From Desulfarculaceae bacterium (lineage in GTDB: Bacteria; Desulfobacterota; Desulfocorpusculales; Desulfocorpusculum): a stretch of DNA of 64,000 nt. Shown in pieces: positions 28,633 through 38,872 of this stretch (position 1 is the first letter of the stretch; every line of letters starts with the position of its first letter). The notes under the pieces were generated by a model that was not told the DNA's origin, searched no databases, and saw nothing but the letters and a program-made list of their open reading frames with translations. The position numbers and the translations under genes are program-made. The stretch spans positions 5,383 to 69,382 of the forward strand of contig JBBIOJ010000007.1 in NCBI GenBank assembly GCA_037443445.1. The letters are read 5' to 3'.

Positions 28633-29213
28633 TCTTCCTCCATCCAATGTCGCGAATCGGCCCAGCCCAGGTCCCTGGGGCGCTCGGTAAAGCAGGGGCT
28701 TTCCCCGCGAGGAGGCCATCTGCGAGAACGGCTCCACCCCATAGGCCACACCTGGGGAATGGCCAGGGTTGCCTGGGAGAAAGCCTGCAGGCTTCTGGAT
28801 GGAGCCGGATTCAGTCGCCAGTGGCCTTGGGGCGCACATCCAGAGTGCACACACTCTATGTTCCTGCGATGAAAAAACTGGGGTTCGGTGATGAGGGCCT
28901 GAAACTCCCCCGGGGCGATCTCCTCCATCTCGAGGGTCACCGAGTCACCGAACCACGGAGGGCCTTCCATGCTGAAGCGGACGCTCCAGTGAGGTCCGTA
29001 CCAGTCTCTGAAGATCTCCACCCGGGCTCGCTCCACTTCACCCTTGCCCCCTGGGGCCAGAATCCAGTCCTCCGAAAGCCATTCCAAGAAAGCCGAGGTG
29101 GCCTGGCTAACCAGCTCCTGCACTGTCTCAGGTTCTTGTCCCAAGGAACCGCTAAAGCCCAGCTCCAGCACCGCAGCAGCCCCTCCGTCCTCACAGCAAC
29201 CGCAGCCCATCAA
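28629..29213 (-). CDS. Hypothetical protein with an N-terminal Cys cluster (MMGCGCCEDGG), first gene of the por operon
   Basis: Its stop overlaps the porG start (ATGA). The N-terminal 130 aa have protein-like composition; the C-terminal tail is Arg/Trp-rich and may be partly artefactual. Confidence 0.3.
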   Translation of the reverse strand: MMGCGCCEDGGAAAVLELGFSGSLGQEPETVQELVSQATSAFLEWLSEDWILAPGGKGEVERARVEIFRDWYGPHWSVRFSMEGPPWFGDSVTLEMEEIAPGEFQALITEPQFFHRRNIECVHSGCAPQGHWRLNPAPSRSLQAFSQATLAIPQVWPMGWSRSRRWPPRGESPCFTERPRDLGWADSRHWMEEE

Positions 29214-29346
29214 GTCCTCTGAGGAGAATTCTTCTTGTCAGTAGGCCGGCTATCCTTTTCGCTATTTGTGACGATGTCTCACATACTAGCACGATAAACT
29301 CACCAAGGAGTTTTGTCAAGGGTTTTCCTGCAGGGGGGATGATCAC

Positions 29347-30843
29347 TCAGGCCTTGTAGCGCTCCAGGTAAGAACGCATCTTGAGCTTGCTGAGTGCGCT
29401 GGAGGAGCTCATGTATCGGACTGTCCCGAAAATCGCCCTCTTGGGTCCCCAAGGCCTGTCGTACCTTCCCAGACACCAAAAGATCCCGCTATAGGAATTG
29501 GGATCCCGGCCGTCCAAGGCCCATCTGTTGTTCAGTTGGATCATCACCCGCAGGGCCTCCCTGGGGTTCGGGGACCACTCCAAGATCTTCTTTCCCCACA
29601 GCATCCTCAGGTAGTTGTGTAACCTACCCTCCCTGAGGAGTTGCCTCTGGGCCCCGTTCCAGACAATGTCATGGGTCAGGGCGGCTTGCAGCTCCTCCGG
29701 TCTGTAAAGGTAAGGCCTGGGATCTGCGGCATGCTCCTCCAGGGTGCTCTTGGCCCAGGGGGGAAGGGACTCATACTCGCAGTAATCCTCTCGATGGAAG
29801 CAGAAATTGAACCCAAGCTCCCTCCAGGTTATGATCTGGTCCAGGAAGGCTTCCAGGTCTGGACTCAATCCCCACCACCCCCTGGCCGAGCCGGTTGCCC
29901 TCCTGGCCAGGAGCGAGGGTGACCAGCCCTCCTCCTGGAGGGCCTCCTTTACCACCTGCTGGGAGGAGATATGCCCGAAGTGCAGGTAGGGCGAAAGGCC
30001 GCTCGTTACAGCCTCGTCAGGATGGTTCCTGCCTGAGGCATAACGTGTCAACCCCTCTTCCAGAAACCGTTTTAGGGTTTCCTGGGCCTTGGAGGCTCCC
30101 CCCACCAAGGGGGCTGGGGCCACCGACCCATCCAAAGGCAAGCCCTTGAGGAGTTCCGTGGGCCTGTCCAGCTCCGAGCTGGGAACCCGAGGCCATTTTC
30201 TCAAAAGCTCCTGGGGAATCTCCCAAGCCCCCCGGGGCTTCAGTCTCTCCAGAGGGTCTTTGCTGGGCATTTCCCTTAGGTGCTTTTCCAGACATCCCTG
30301 CAAGAAACGCCTGAATGAGTGGGCCGAGGCAAAGGCCTTTGGGGAAGCCCGCAAGGGAAGGATTCCGTTGGAATCCACTTTCTCCATCAGGACCCGCAGT
30401 TTCCTGGAGGCCGAGTGCACCATCCGGGGCAGAAAAAAAGCCGGGAACTCGTCTGTGACCACGACACAGGCCTCTCTTGACAGAGAGGCAAGCAACCCCT
30501 TGCCTGCACCGGGCCAGGGCTCCAGGTAGGGGTAGTACAGGAGCCCTCTTTGCTTGCAAAGCTTGGAGTTTTCGGCCATTCCCTGTATGATGAAGGCGTG
30601 GATCCTATGGTTGGCCCACTCATAACCCACCCTGAGGGCCTCCAGGATGAGCAGGGGTTTCCCCAGACAGTTGCACCAATCCACAGCCCTTTGGAGGGCA
30701 AAATTCCACTCCAGTCGTCTAAAGGAGATCATCCAGTAAAGCACAAAGGCTCCCTTGGGGTTCAAAGGGGCCTGGTTGCAGCGTGTGACCCGCCCCACGG
30801 GGACTGTGGAGTGAGCACTGGTTTCTGTGAGAGAACTTTTCAT
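29347..30843 (-). CDS. phr: Deoxyribodipyrimidine photolyase (class II CPD photolyase-like)
   Basis: Photolyase N-terminal alpha/beta domain and a FAD-binding C-terminal domain (conserved W/R-rich helical region). Confidence 0.7.
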   Translation of the reverse strand: MKSSLTETSAHSTVPVGRVTRCNQAPLNPKGAFVLYWMISFRRLEWNFALQRAVDWCNCLGKPLLILEALRVGYEWANHRIHAFIIQGMAENSKLCKQRGLLYYPYLEPWPGAGKGLLASLSREACVVVTDEFPAFFLPRMVHSASRKLRVLMEKVDSNGILPLRASPKAFASAHSFRRFLQGCLEKHLREMPSKDPLERLKPRGAWEIPQELLRKWPRVPSSELDRPTELLKGLPLDGSVAPAPLVGGASKAQETLKRFLEEGLTRYASGRNHPDEAVTSGLSPYLHFGHISSQQVVKEALQEEGWSPSLLARRATGSARGWWGLSPDLEAFLDQIITWRELGFNFCFHREDYCEYESLPPWAKSTLEEHAADPRPYLYRPEELQAALTHDIVWNGAQRQLLREGRLHNYLRMLWGKKILEWSPNPREALRVMIQLNNRWALDGRDPNSYSGIFWCLGRYDRPWGPKRAIFGTVRYMSSSSALSKLKMRSYLERYKA

Positions 30844-30933
30844 TCAGCAGGCTGGGGAGCGAGGCCCGGTTTCCACGAGAGCCTCCAGTGGACTTTCGAT
30901 TAAGACCCTCTTTGGATATTCTAAAAGAAAGGA

Positions 30934-31617
30934 TTGAGGTTTGTGGAGATAGAGTTGTCCCAGATAAAGGTGGTTATCTACGATTGCGACGGGGTTCTTT
31001 TCGACTCCAGGGAGTCCAACGAGGCCTTCTACAACCATATTCTGGCCAGTTTCGGGCTTCCTCCCCTGGAGCCCGAACAGCTCTCCTTTGTGCATGCCAG
31101 CACTGCCGAGGAGGCCGTGGATTTTCTCTTCAAGGAAGATCCCAGGAGGCTTGAGGCCCAGAAGTACAGGCTCACCATGGACTATTCCCCTTTTGTTCCC
31201 CTCATGAGACTCGAGCCTTACGTGAAGGAGGTCCTGGGGAGGCTTCGCCCGGATCGTGCCACGGCCATCGCCACCAACCGAGGGCTCACCATGCCGCTTG
31301 TGATGAAGGCGCATGGCCTGGAGGGGCTTTTCGATCTGACGGTGACAAGCCTGGATGTGAAGGAGCCAAAGCCACACCCGGAGTGCTTGCTGAAGATCCT
31401 GGGTCACTTTGGTGTAAGGCCAGCCCAGGCTCTCTATGTTGGGGACTCGGAGGTGGACAGGCTTGTGGCCGAGCGGGCAGGGGTCTGTTTCGTGGCATAC
31501 AAGAACCCTGGCTTGAGGGCAATCCACCACATGAAGGACCACAGGGAAATTCTTGAAATATTGGACGGGAGGGGAAGACCCCTGCCGGGAGGCTGCAATT
31601 CCCAGAGTTCAAGGTAA
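30934..31617 (+). CDS. HAD-superfamily hydrolase (phosphoglycolate phosphatase-like)
   Basis: Motif I VVIYDCDGVLFDS and motif IV GDSEVD. Confidence 0.7.
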   Translation: MRFVEIELSQIKVVIYDCDGVLFDSRESNEAFYNHILASFGLPPLEPEQLSFVHASTAEEAVDFLFKEDPRRLEAQKYRLTMDYSPFVPLMRLEPYVKEVLGRLRPDRATAIATNRGLTMPLVMKAHGLEGLFDLTVTSLDVKEPKPHPECLLKILGHFGVRPAQALYVGDSEVDRLVAERAGVCFVAYKNPGLRAIHHMKDHREILEILDGRGRPLPGGCNSQSSR

Positions 31618-33283
31618 CCTTCAGGGCCTGAGACCTTCGGACCACAGGAGGCTCCAGAGGCTCTACCACAGAAGGGTATCCCCCAAGCAGGTTCTCAGCC
31701 CGGAGCTGGCCCGACAACTGGCTGAGATCTCCAGGGAGATAGGCCGACAGGTAGGCCTCTTGCTGGACAGAAAGGGCCTGGTCTTCATGGTCGTGGTGGG
31801 AGACGACCACAAGCTGGAGATACCTTCCCTCCAGGGGTTTCGCCAGGCTTCCACGCGGCTCCTGGGACTGAGGCTGGTGCACACCCATCTAAAAGGGGAG
31901 CCCCTCACCCAGGACGATCTCACGGATCTGGCCCATCTGAGGCTGGATCTGATCTGCCAGGTGCAGGTGGGTGAAGAGGGCCAACCTGGCAGGCTTCAAA
32001 TGGCACATCTGCTCCCCCCCAATCCCCGCGAGGAGCAATGGGCATTAATGGAGGCTGAGAGCCCATGGAGCCTGGATCTGGACGCACAAGCCCTGGTGGA
32101 GGGCCTGGAGGACGAGTTTGCCAGGATTCTCAGGGCCAGAAAGGTTCAGCAGAGAGGGGAAAGGGTGATCCTCGTGGGGGTTTATCCCAGCGGGGGGAAG
32201 AGGGCCTCGGCATCCATGGCCGAGCTGAGGGAGCTGGCCAGATCCAGCGGCCTCCAAGTCCTGGACGAGGTGGTTCAGGTGCGGCCCCAGCCGGATCCCC
32301 GCTTTGTGATTGGGAAAGGCAAGCTGGAAGATCTGGTGATCAGAAGCAAACAGCTCGGGGCAGAGGTGCTCCTCTTCGACAGGGACCTGAACCCGGGACA
32401 GCTCAGGAATCTCTCGGAGCTCACAGACCAGAAGATAATAGACCGGACGCAGCTGATTCTGGACATATTCGCACAGCATGCCCACAGCAGGGACGGCAAG
32501 ATCCAGGTGGAGTTGGCCCAGCTTCGCTACCTGCTTCCCAGGCTGGTGGGAAAGGGAACCTCCATGTCCAGGCTGAGAGGCGGCATAGGGCTCAGGGGGC
32601 CTGGGGAGACCAAGCTGGAGGTGGACCGCCGCAGGGTGCGAGATCGCATTGCCAGGTTGGAAAAGGAGCTGGAAGAGGTCAGGAAGGCCCGTATCCAAAG
32701 AAGGGCTCGCAGAGGTCGCAAGGGCCTTCCTGTAGTGAGCATAGTGGGATACACCAATGCCGGGAAATCCACGCTCTTGAACGCTCTCACCCACAGCCGC
32801 GTGACCGTGGAGGACAAGCTCTTTGCCACTCTTGACCCTGCCAGCCGAAGGCTTCGTTTCCCGAGAGAGAGGGATGTGATAGTTACGGACACGGTGGGCT
32901 TTATTCGGGACCTTCCACCGGATCTGGTGAACGCTTTCAGGGCCACCCTGGAGGAGCTGGAAGAGGCCGAGCTCTTGCTCCACGTGGCCGACATTTCCAG
33001 TGGGTACGTGGAGGAGCAGATCCGCTCCGTGAGGGGGATCCTCTCTGAGATGGGGTTGCAAAGGAAAAAGGAGCTGCTGGTCTTCAACAAGAAAGACCTT
33101 GTGGAGCCCTGGCGGCTGCAGGAAATGCTCTCCAGGTACCCGGCTTTGGCAATCTCGGCCTTGAGAGGGGAAGGACTGGAGGAGTTGTCGCGGCTGATGG
33201 CCTCCCTCTTGTTTCCACAAGGCGGGGTTGTCAGGTCCATGAGCCAAGCCGGGGCCGGGCTGCAAAGCGAACTCGGCTCTTGA
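31553..33283 (+). CDS. hflX: GTPase HflX
   Basis: HflX N-terminal domain and a G-domain (GYTNAGKST, DTVGF). The true start is probably about 31617, downstream of the track start. Confidence 0.85.
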   Translation: MKYWTGGEDPCREAAIPRVQGNLQGLRPSDHRRLQRLYHRRVSPKQVLSPELARQLAEISREIGRQVGLLLDRKGLVFMVVVGDDHKLEIPSLQGFRQASTRLLGLRLVHTHLKGEPLTQDDLTDLAHLRLDLICQVQVGEEGQPGRLQMAHLLPPNPREEQWALMEAESPWSLDLDAQALVEGLEDEFARILRARKVQQRGERVILVGVYPSGGKRASASMAELRELARSSGLQVLDEVVQVRPQPDPRFVIGKGKLEDLVIRSKQLGAEVLLFDRDLNPGQLRNLSELTDQKIIDRTQLILDIFAQHAHSRDGKIQVELAQLRYLLPRLVGKGTSMSRLRGGIGLRGPGETKLEVDRRRVRDRIARLEKELEEVRKARIQRRARRGRKGLPVVSIVGYTNAGKSTLLNALTHSRVTVEDKLFATLDPASRRLRFPRERDVIVTDTVGFIRDLPPDLVNAFRATLEELEEAELLLHVADISSGYVEEQIRSVRGILSEMGLQRKKELLVFNKKDLVEPWRLQEMLSRYPALAISALRGEGLEELSRLMASLLFPQGGVVRSMSQAGAGLQSELGS

Positions 33284-33312
33284 GTCCCCGGTGATTGAAC
33301 AGGCAGTGGTTC

Positions 33313-33981
33313 TCAGCGGGCTATCATGGCCCGCATCACGTCCCCTGCGTTCTCTGCGTGGTTGCTTATGTCACCCATGTACTCCACCAGGCGGATCAGG
33401 TGAAAAACTGTTATGGCATCCACCGAGGGCAGGGAGAAAATGTCGCTCTTGAGCTTGCGCTCTATGGTGTCGCTCTCAGACTCTTTGAGCCTCAAAGCCT
33501 TTATCACTTCCTTGACGTGCTTGCGATCCTTGTCAGAGTAAGAGCGCAAATACACCATGGCCCTTCCCACCATCAAGGGAAGCTGGCTGATGGAATCCAC
33601 AGCCTTGTCCACAAGAAGCAACAGGTCATCCACCAGCATGTCGGGCACATCGGTGTTTCTGTAGGAGAGCCAGTGAAGGGAGTCCTGCACCGCGTCCAGG
33701 GCCTTGTCCTGCTCCCTCAGGTACAGCAGAAACTGGAACTTGTCCACGGGCATCATGAGCCCCCGGGGAAGGTGACCCCTGATGTTGCGCTTCAGGCGGT
33801 CTGCCTCGTGCTCCATTCGGGTCACGTTCATGTGGAAAGCGTCGAACTCGGTGCAAGAGCCATCCAGGTAGCAGATGACAGCCTTGCGGAAAAGCCCACC
33901 CCCTTCCTGCACTATCTCAGCATGCTTGAGGAGCTTCACAAAGGGGGACTCCCGAAACAGGTGCACGAAAGGCGATCGCAT
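33313..33981 (-). CDS. DUF47 / PhoU-like phosphate transport regulator (TIGR00153)
   Basis: Helical protein of about 220 aa with the conserved partner context (adjacent PiT transporter). Confidence 0.65.
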   Translation of the reverse strand: MRSPFVHLFRESPFVKLLKHAEIVQEGGGLFRKAVICYLDGSCTEFDAFHMNVTRMEHEADRLKRNIRGHLPRGLMMPVDKFQFLLYLREQDKALDAVQDSLHWLSYRNTDVPDMLVDDLLLLVDKAVDSISQLPLMVGRAMVYLRSYSDKDRKHVKEVIKALRLKESESDTIERKLKSDIFSLPSVDAITVFHLIRLVEYMGDISNHAENAGDVMRAMIAR

Positions 33982-34003
33982 AGCTCCTCTTTTTTTTCTC
34001 CTT

Positions 34004-35227
34004 TCAGAGGAAAATTGCTCGCAATGCCACAAAAAAGATCATACAGGAAAGCGCTGAGACAGGCAACGTGACCACCCAGTAAAGGCATATTTTCCCAACC
34101 AGTCTGAAGTCCACTGCGGCCATTCCCCTGGCCAGGCCCACTCCCACCACGGCTCCCACGGCAGCGTGCGTTGTGGAGACCGGCAGGCCCAGTTTGGAGG
34201 CCAGCAACACCGAGGTGGCTACCCCGAAATCTACTGAGAAGCCTCGGGTGTTTGTAAGCTCTGTTATCTGGTGCCCCAGAGTCTCTATCACCCTGTAGCC
34301 CCAAACAAAGCACCCCAAGGCTATGAAAAGCCCTCCAAAGGCCAGCAGAAAGGTGGGCACAGGGGCCTGAGGGCTTATGGTTCCTGTTGCGAAGATGATG
34401 TATATGCCAGCCACTGGGCCTATGGCGTTGGCCACGTCATTTGCCCCGTGGGCCACCGAGACGTAGCAGGCGGTCATTATCTGAAGCTTCCTGAAGACCT
34501 CTTCTGTGCTCTGTTCTGACCTGCGTACAAGAGTCCTCTTGAGCCAGAGGTAAGAAAGACCACCCAGAGCCGCGGATATGCCCAGGGCCAGAAGCAGGCT
34601 TTGGATCGCTCCCAGCCCCAATCGCTTCCCCAATGGGGTGTCCAGAAACAGGGATGCCAAGATTATGAAGAAGGTCAGGCCCACGAAGATGGGGCCCAGC
34701 CTCAGGGCCTCGCGAAAAAGGTGTTTGCCGCTCAGGAGATTTCTCCTTATGACCTCGAAGACGAGATATCCCAAGCCGCAGGCAAAAACCGGGGAGACCA
34801 CCCAGGAGAGAATTATGCCCACCAGGGTCCACCACCTAACAGCCCAGACTCCTCCAGCCACCATCCCGAAGCCCACCATGGAGCCCACAATGGAATGGGT
34901 GGTGGAAACCGGGATCTGCTTCCAGGAGGAGAGGAAGACCCAAAGGCTGGCTGCCAGCAGTGCTGCCAGGAGCCCCAGAGACATCACGTGGGGATCCTGC
35001 ACTGAGGAGGGGTCCACTATGCCCTTGCGGATCGTGTCCGCCACATGGGAGCCTATGAAGGTGGCACCTATGAAGTCCAGAACTCCGCCTATGAGAACGG
35101 CCTGGCGCAGCGTGATGGCCTTGGCTCCCACAGGGGAGGCCATCCCGTTGGCCACGTCGTTGGCCCCTATGTTCCAGGCCATGTAGGCCCCCACCGCCAG
35201 GCCCAGGATGAGGATCAGGATCTCCAA
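34004..35227 (-). CDS. pit: Inorganic phosphate transporter, PiT family
   Basis: Two GANDVAN signature repeats and about 10 TM segments. Confidence 0.85.
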   Translation of the reverse strand: MEILILILGLAVGAYMAWNIGANDVANGMASPVGAKAITLRQAVLIGGVLDFIGATFIGSHVADTIRKGIVDPSSVQDPHVMSLGLLAALLAASLWVFLSSWKQIPVSTTHSIVGSMVGFGMVAGGVWAVRWWTLVGIILSWVVSPVFACGLGYLVFEVIRRNLLSGKHLFREALRLGPIFVGLTFFIILASLFLDTPLGKRLGLGAIQSLLLALGISAALGGLSYLWLKRTLVRRSEQSTEEVFRKLQIMTACYVSVAHGANDVANAIGPVAGIYIIFATGTISPQAPVPTFLLAFGGLFIALGCFVWGYRVIETLGHQITELTNTRGFSVDFGVATSVLLASKLGLPVSTTHAAVGAVVGVGLARGMAAVDFRLVGKICLYWVVTLPVSALSCMIFFVALRAIFL

Positions 35228-35282
35228 GGTGTCTCGACCTTACTCTGAACTCGGATTCTGGAAATGATCTGTTGCCTTTGTG

Positions 35283-36113
35283 TCAGGTGCTCTCTGGGAT
35301 GGCCCCTGGGTCCAGGGCAACCACGTGCAGGACTTTGGGGCCGTGGGCCCCCAGGACCAGCGTGAGCTCTATGTCCGCGGTGCGGCTCGGGCCGGTTATG
35401 AGATGGATACCGCTGGGGAGCTGCCCCTCAGTAGAGAGCCATTGCCTCCACAGGGGAACCAGATCCCCCACTGTGCGCAGCCTCTGCCTGGCCGTCAGGA
35501 TGGCCACGTGAACCGGGGGTAGAAGGGAGGCGGCCCTGGGCCATCCCTGGGAGGCCCTGACCATCAAGGCCCCTGACTCCACTATGGCGCATTCGGCGGC
35601 CGTGATGCCCAGATCAGCCCTGGCAACTTGCCCGACAAAGCCTTCTGCTTTCCTGGGGTCGAGCACTTCCACTGCTTCTGCTCCCAGCAACCCTCTGACC
35701 TCGAGGGCCTCCAGCAGGGGATGCTCCCAGAAAAGCGCCCTTCGCACCTCATGTTCCCTCAGAATGGCTCCCAGCACTCCTGGGAATTCCTCCAGCCTCT
35801 CCACTTCGTGAAAAACAGCAGAGAGGGCTTCCAGTTCTTTCTTTAGGGGCTCCCATGGCTCCTCAGCAGGGATCCAGGGAACCTCCTGCGTGGGGGCTCT
35901 TGACTCTAGCAGACTCGGATCCCTGGGTGGAAAACCCAGAGCCAGCTCCACAGCCGAGAGGATCTTGTCCCTGCTTGAAATGCTCATGAGCCTGTTCCCC
36001 CTTGTGCCAGCTTCCTCTTGAGGCTTGGCCAAGTCCTGGAGAAGGATCGGGTAGGGGCCGGCACGTGCCTCTTGCGTGCCCAGCCGGACAAAGCGGGTGG
36101 AAGCCAGGCCCAT
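35283..36113 (-). CDS. lutC: Lactate utilization protein C (LutC, LUD domain)
   Basis: LUD/DUF162 fold. Third gene of lutABC. Confidence 0.65.
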   Translation of the reverse strand: MGLASTRFVRLGTQEARAGPYPILLQDLAKPQEEAGTRGNRLMSISSRDKILSAVELALGFPPRDPSLLESRAPTQEVPWIPAEEPWEPLKKELEALSAVFHEVERLEEFPGVLGAILREHEVRRALFWEHPLLEALEVRGLLGAEAVEVLDPRKAEGFVGQVARADLGITAAECAIVESGALMVRASQGWPRAASLLPPVHVAILTARQRLRTVGDLVPLWRQWLSTEGQLPSGIHLITGPSRTADIELTLVLGAHGPKVLHVVALDPGAIPEST

Positions 36114-37432
36114 CTTCCGTCATGTACCAGGAATTTGGAGGCGGCCCTGGCACCCTCCATGGCCAGCCTGTAAAGGCTGTAATGAGTCAGAAGCCAGCCG
36201 TGAAATCTGGCTGCCAGCCTCACCATCAGGGGGATGCCTCCGTCGAAATTGGGGTCTTCCGTGAGTCTTTGCCTCATGATCAGGAGCAACTTGGGTAGCT
36301 CTATCTTAACTGGGCAGACCTCGGCGCAGGCTCCGCAGAGGGTGGATGCAAAGGGCAGGTCCCTGGCCAGCCTGGGTGGGACGAGCTGAGGGGTTATCAC
36401 AGCCCCTATGGGGCCGGAATAGACCCAGCCGTAGCTGTGCCCGCCTACCTTTCGATACACTGGGCACACATTCAAGCAGGAGCCGCAGCGCAAACAGTAG
36501 AGGCTTTGGCGCCGGTCTGGGTCTGCCAGGATCCTGCTTCGGCCATTGTCCAGGAGAATCAGGTGGAACTCCTGGGGCCCATCCACCTCCCCTGGTCTCC
36601 TGGGGCCAGTGATGATGCTTGTGTAGGAGGAAAGCTTCTGGCCGGTTGCGCTTCTTGGCAGGAGGGCCAGGATCACGGCCAAATCATCCAGGGTGGGTAT
36701 GACCTTCTCTATGCCTACCACTGCCACGTGGATCCTGGGGAGAGTGACGCTCAGGCGTATGTTCCCCTCGTTTTCCAGCAACACGATGGAGCCGGTCTCG
36801 GCTACCGCGGCATTGGCCCCGGTAATGCCCATGTCCGCCCCCACGAACTTCTCTCTGAGGGTTTCCCTGGCAATCCTGGTCAGCTCCTCGGGGGCCTCCA
36901 CCCTCGCCACCCCCAGCTTTTCTGCGAACAGCTCCGCGATCTGATCCTTGCTCTTGTGAACCGCAGGTCCGATTATGTGGGAAGGGGGCTCCCCTGCCAG
37001 CTGGATAATGAATTCCCCCAGATCTGTCTCCCAAACCTCTATGCCTTGGGCCTGAAGCGTCTGGTTCAGACCGATCTCCTCGGTCACCATGGACTTGCCT
37101 TTCACCACGGTGCGAACCCCTCTGTCCCGGGCCAGATCCCCCACTATGCTGCAGGCCTCTTGGGCGGTTCGGGCCCAGTGCACCACTCCTCCGGCTTCTT
37201 TTACCTTGGCCTCCAAGGTTTCCAGGAGAAAGGGGAGATTGGCCAAGGATTTCTCCTTGATGGCTCGGCCCAGGTCTCTCAAACCCTCCGGATCCTCCAG
37301 GGCTGCAAAGGCCATATCCCTGCCCAGCTTGAACCTCACCCCTATGCGTTGCAGATTCCTCTGCAGCCGCTCATCCAGAAGAGCCTCTTGGGCCCGCTTG
37401 CTGAATTCCAGGCAACGCACCTGCATTTTCAT
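35984..37432 (-). CDS. lutB: Lactate utilization protein B (LutB; Fe-S protein with 4Fe-4S ferredoxin motifs plus a DUF3390/LUD region)
   Basis: Motifs CLRCGSCLNVCPV and CGACAEVCPV. Start MKMQV at about 37430 overlaps the lutA stop. Confidence 0.75.
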   Translation of the reverse strand: MKMQVRCLEFSKRAQEALLDERLQRNLQRIGVRFKLGRDMAFAALEDPEGLRDLGRAIKEKSLANLPFLLETLEAKVKEAGGVVHWARTAQEACSIVGDLARDRGVRTVVKGKSMVTEEIGLNQTLQAQGIEVWETDLGEFIIQLAGEPPSHIIGPAVHKSKDQIAELFAEKLGVARVEAPEELTRIARETLREKFVGADMGITGANAAVAETGSIVLLENEGNIRLSVTLPRIHVAVVGIEKVIPTLDDLAVILALLPRSATGQKLSSYTSIITGPRRPGEVDGPQEFHLILLDNGRSRILADPDRRQSLYCLRCGSCLNVCPVYRKVGGHSYGWVYSGPIGAVITPQLVPPRLARDLPFASTLCGACAEVCPVKIELPKLLLIMRQRLTEDPNFDGGIPLMVRLAARFHGWLLTHYSLYRLAMEGARAASKFLVHDGRWAWLPPALSGWARKRHVPAPTRSFSRTWPSLKRKLAQGGTGS

Positions 37433-38160
37433 TCTCCCCGGTGGGCCAATACTTGGGCTATGTGCAGGGCCTCCACCCCATGGCCTTGTTTGCGCAGGTA
37501 GCCTCCTATGTTCATAAGGCAACTGATCTCCGCGCTGACCAGCAGCTGTGCCCCCGTGGCCAGGATGTGGGAGACCTTCTCGGCCACCATGGCCTCTGAC
37601 ACAGCCGGGAACTGCAGGCTGAAGCTGCCTCCGAAACCGCAACACACATCAGCCTGCTCCATTTCCACCAGTTCCAGCCCCTGAACCCGGGACAGCAACA
37701 GCCGAGGTTCCCTGTGGATCCCCAGGGCCCTGTACACCTGGCAGGAGTCATGGTACACGGCCTTTGTTTCCCATCGGGCCCCGAGCTCCTCCACCTGGGC
37801 CACCCTCACCAGAAATTCGGTCAGCTCAAAGAGCCTTTTCCCAAGATCTACTGCTCTGTCCCTCCAGAGGGGTTCGTCCCGGAAAAGCTCAGGATAGTAC
37901 TTGCGCACCATGTTCACACAGGATCCAGAGGGGGCCACCACTGTCTCGCAACCCTGGAAGACCTGGAGGAAATGGCGTGCCACAGCCCTGGCGCTCTTCC
38001 AGTTGCCGCTCTTGTACTGAAGCTGCCCGCAGCAGGTCTGGCCCTTGGGGTACTGCACCGACATGCCGGCACGGGCCAGGACCCTGGCCGTGGCCTCTGC
38101 CACTTGGGGGTGGAAGTCCTGCACCATACAAGGCACGAAAAGGGCCACTTTCACTGGCAT
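37429..38160 (-). CDS. lutA: Lactate utilization protein A (LutA; CCG-domain Fe-S oxidoreductase)
   Basis: Two cysteine-rich CCG domains (GQTCCGQ, DVCCGFGG). Start is MPVKVALFVPC. Confidence 0.75.
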   Translation of the reverse strand: MPVKVALFVPCMVQDFHPQVAEATARVLARAGMSVQYPKGQTCCGQLQYKSGNWKSARAVARHFLQVFQGCETVVAPSGSCVNMVRKYYPELFRDEPLWRDRAVDLGKRLFELTEFLVRVAQVEELGARWETKAVYHDSCQVYRALGIHREPRLLLSRVQGLELVEMEQADVCCGFGGSFSLQFPAVSEAMVAEKVSHILATGAQLLVSAEISCLMNIGGYLRKQGHGVEALHIAQVLAHRGE

Positions 38161-38253
38161 TCCTCCTGGGTGGCCTGGGAGATGAAGGGGTGCGGCCACA
38201 AAGAGATCCTATCTTACTCCGGCCCTGGGTCCTGCTTCAACCCCTTGACCCCA

Positions 38254-38628
38254 ATGCGGCTCTGGTGCAAGCTTGGCTGGAAAGGACAGCCAGAGTTGAG
38301 AGCATATCTGATAGACGAGATCTCCCCATCCGACCTGGAAAAAGCCCGAGGCTACCTGCAAGCACACGCGCAGGCCTCGGCCGTGCAGGACTTGTTCTGG
38401 TTGGAGCTCCCCAAGAGGCTTCTAAGAGGTGTTCACGCTGAGCACGTGGAGTGTTGGCCCTATTGCGTGGCAATAGAGTTGGGGGCTCACTTCGTGCGCT
38501 TTGAGCTCCTGGTGCGAAGCCGAATGAACCACAGGTGCGGCTGCTCCAGGTATGCAGAGCCAGAGCAAAGGGAGTTTGTGATAGGCTTCGCAGAGAAGCT
38601 GCTTCAGGAGCTCTCCATAAGAACCTAA
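38254..38628 (+). CDS. Hypothetical protein (124 aa) in the lutA/EEP intergenic region
   Basis: Protein-like tail of track ORF 37714..38628 (MRLWCKLGWKGQPELRAYLIDEISPSDLEKARGYLQ...). The upstream part of that ORF is shadow of lutA. Confidence 0.25.
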   Translation: MRLWCKLGWKGQPELRAYLIDEISPSDLEKARGYLQAHAQASAVQDLFWLELPKRLLRGVHAEHVECWPYCVAIELGAHFVRFELLVRSRMNHRCGCSRYAEPEQREFVIGFAEKLLQELSIRT

Positions 38629-38872
38629 CCGGTAATTCCATATCCCCATGGGGTGATGGCACGGGTTTCGACCCTTAGACTGAGTCTGCCCCAAGGGGGG
38701 GAAGGAGCCGGGCAGGCAAGCGGCCTGCAAGCATGAAGTCAACATGAAGCACGAGTGCAGGAACCCCAGGCCTTGGATTCGCCCTCTTTCATTGTGGAAA
38801 AAGGGGATCCATAGGGGATGCGCTCTTTGAAATTGGAAATGAGGCATGTGGCAGCAAAGTCCGATCAAGATA

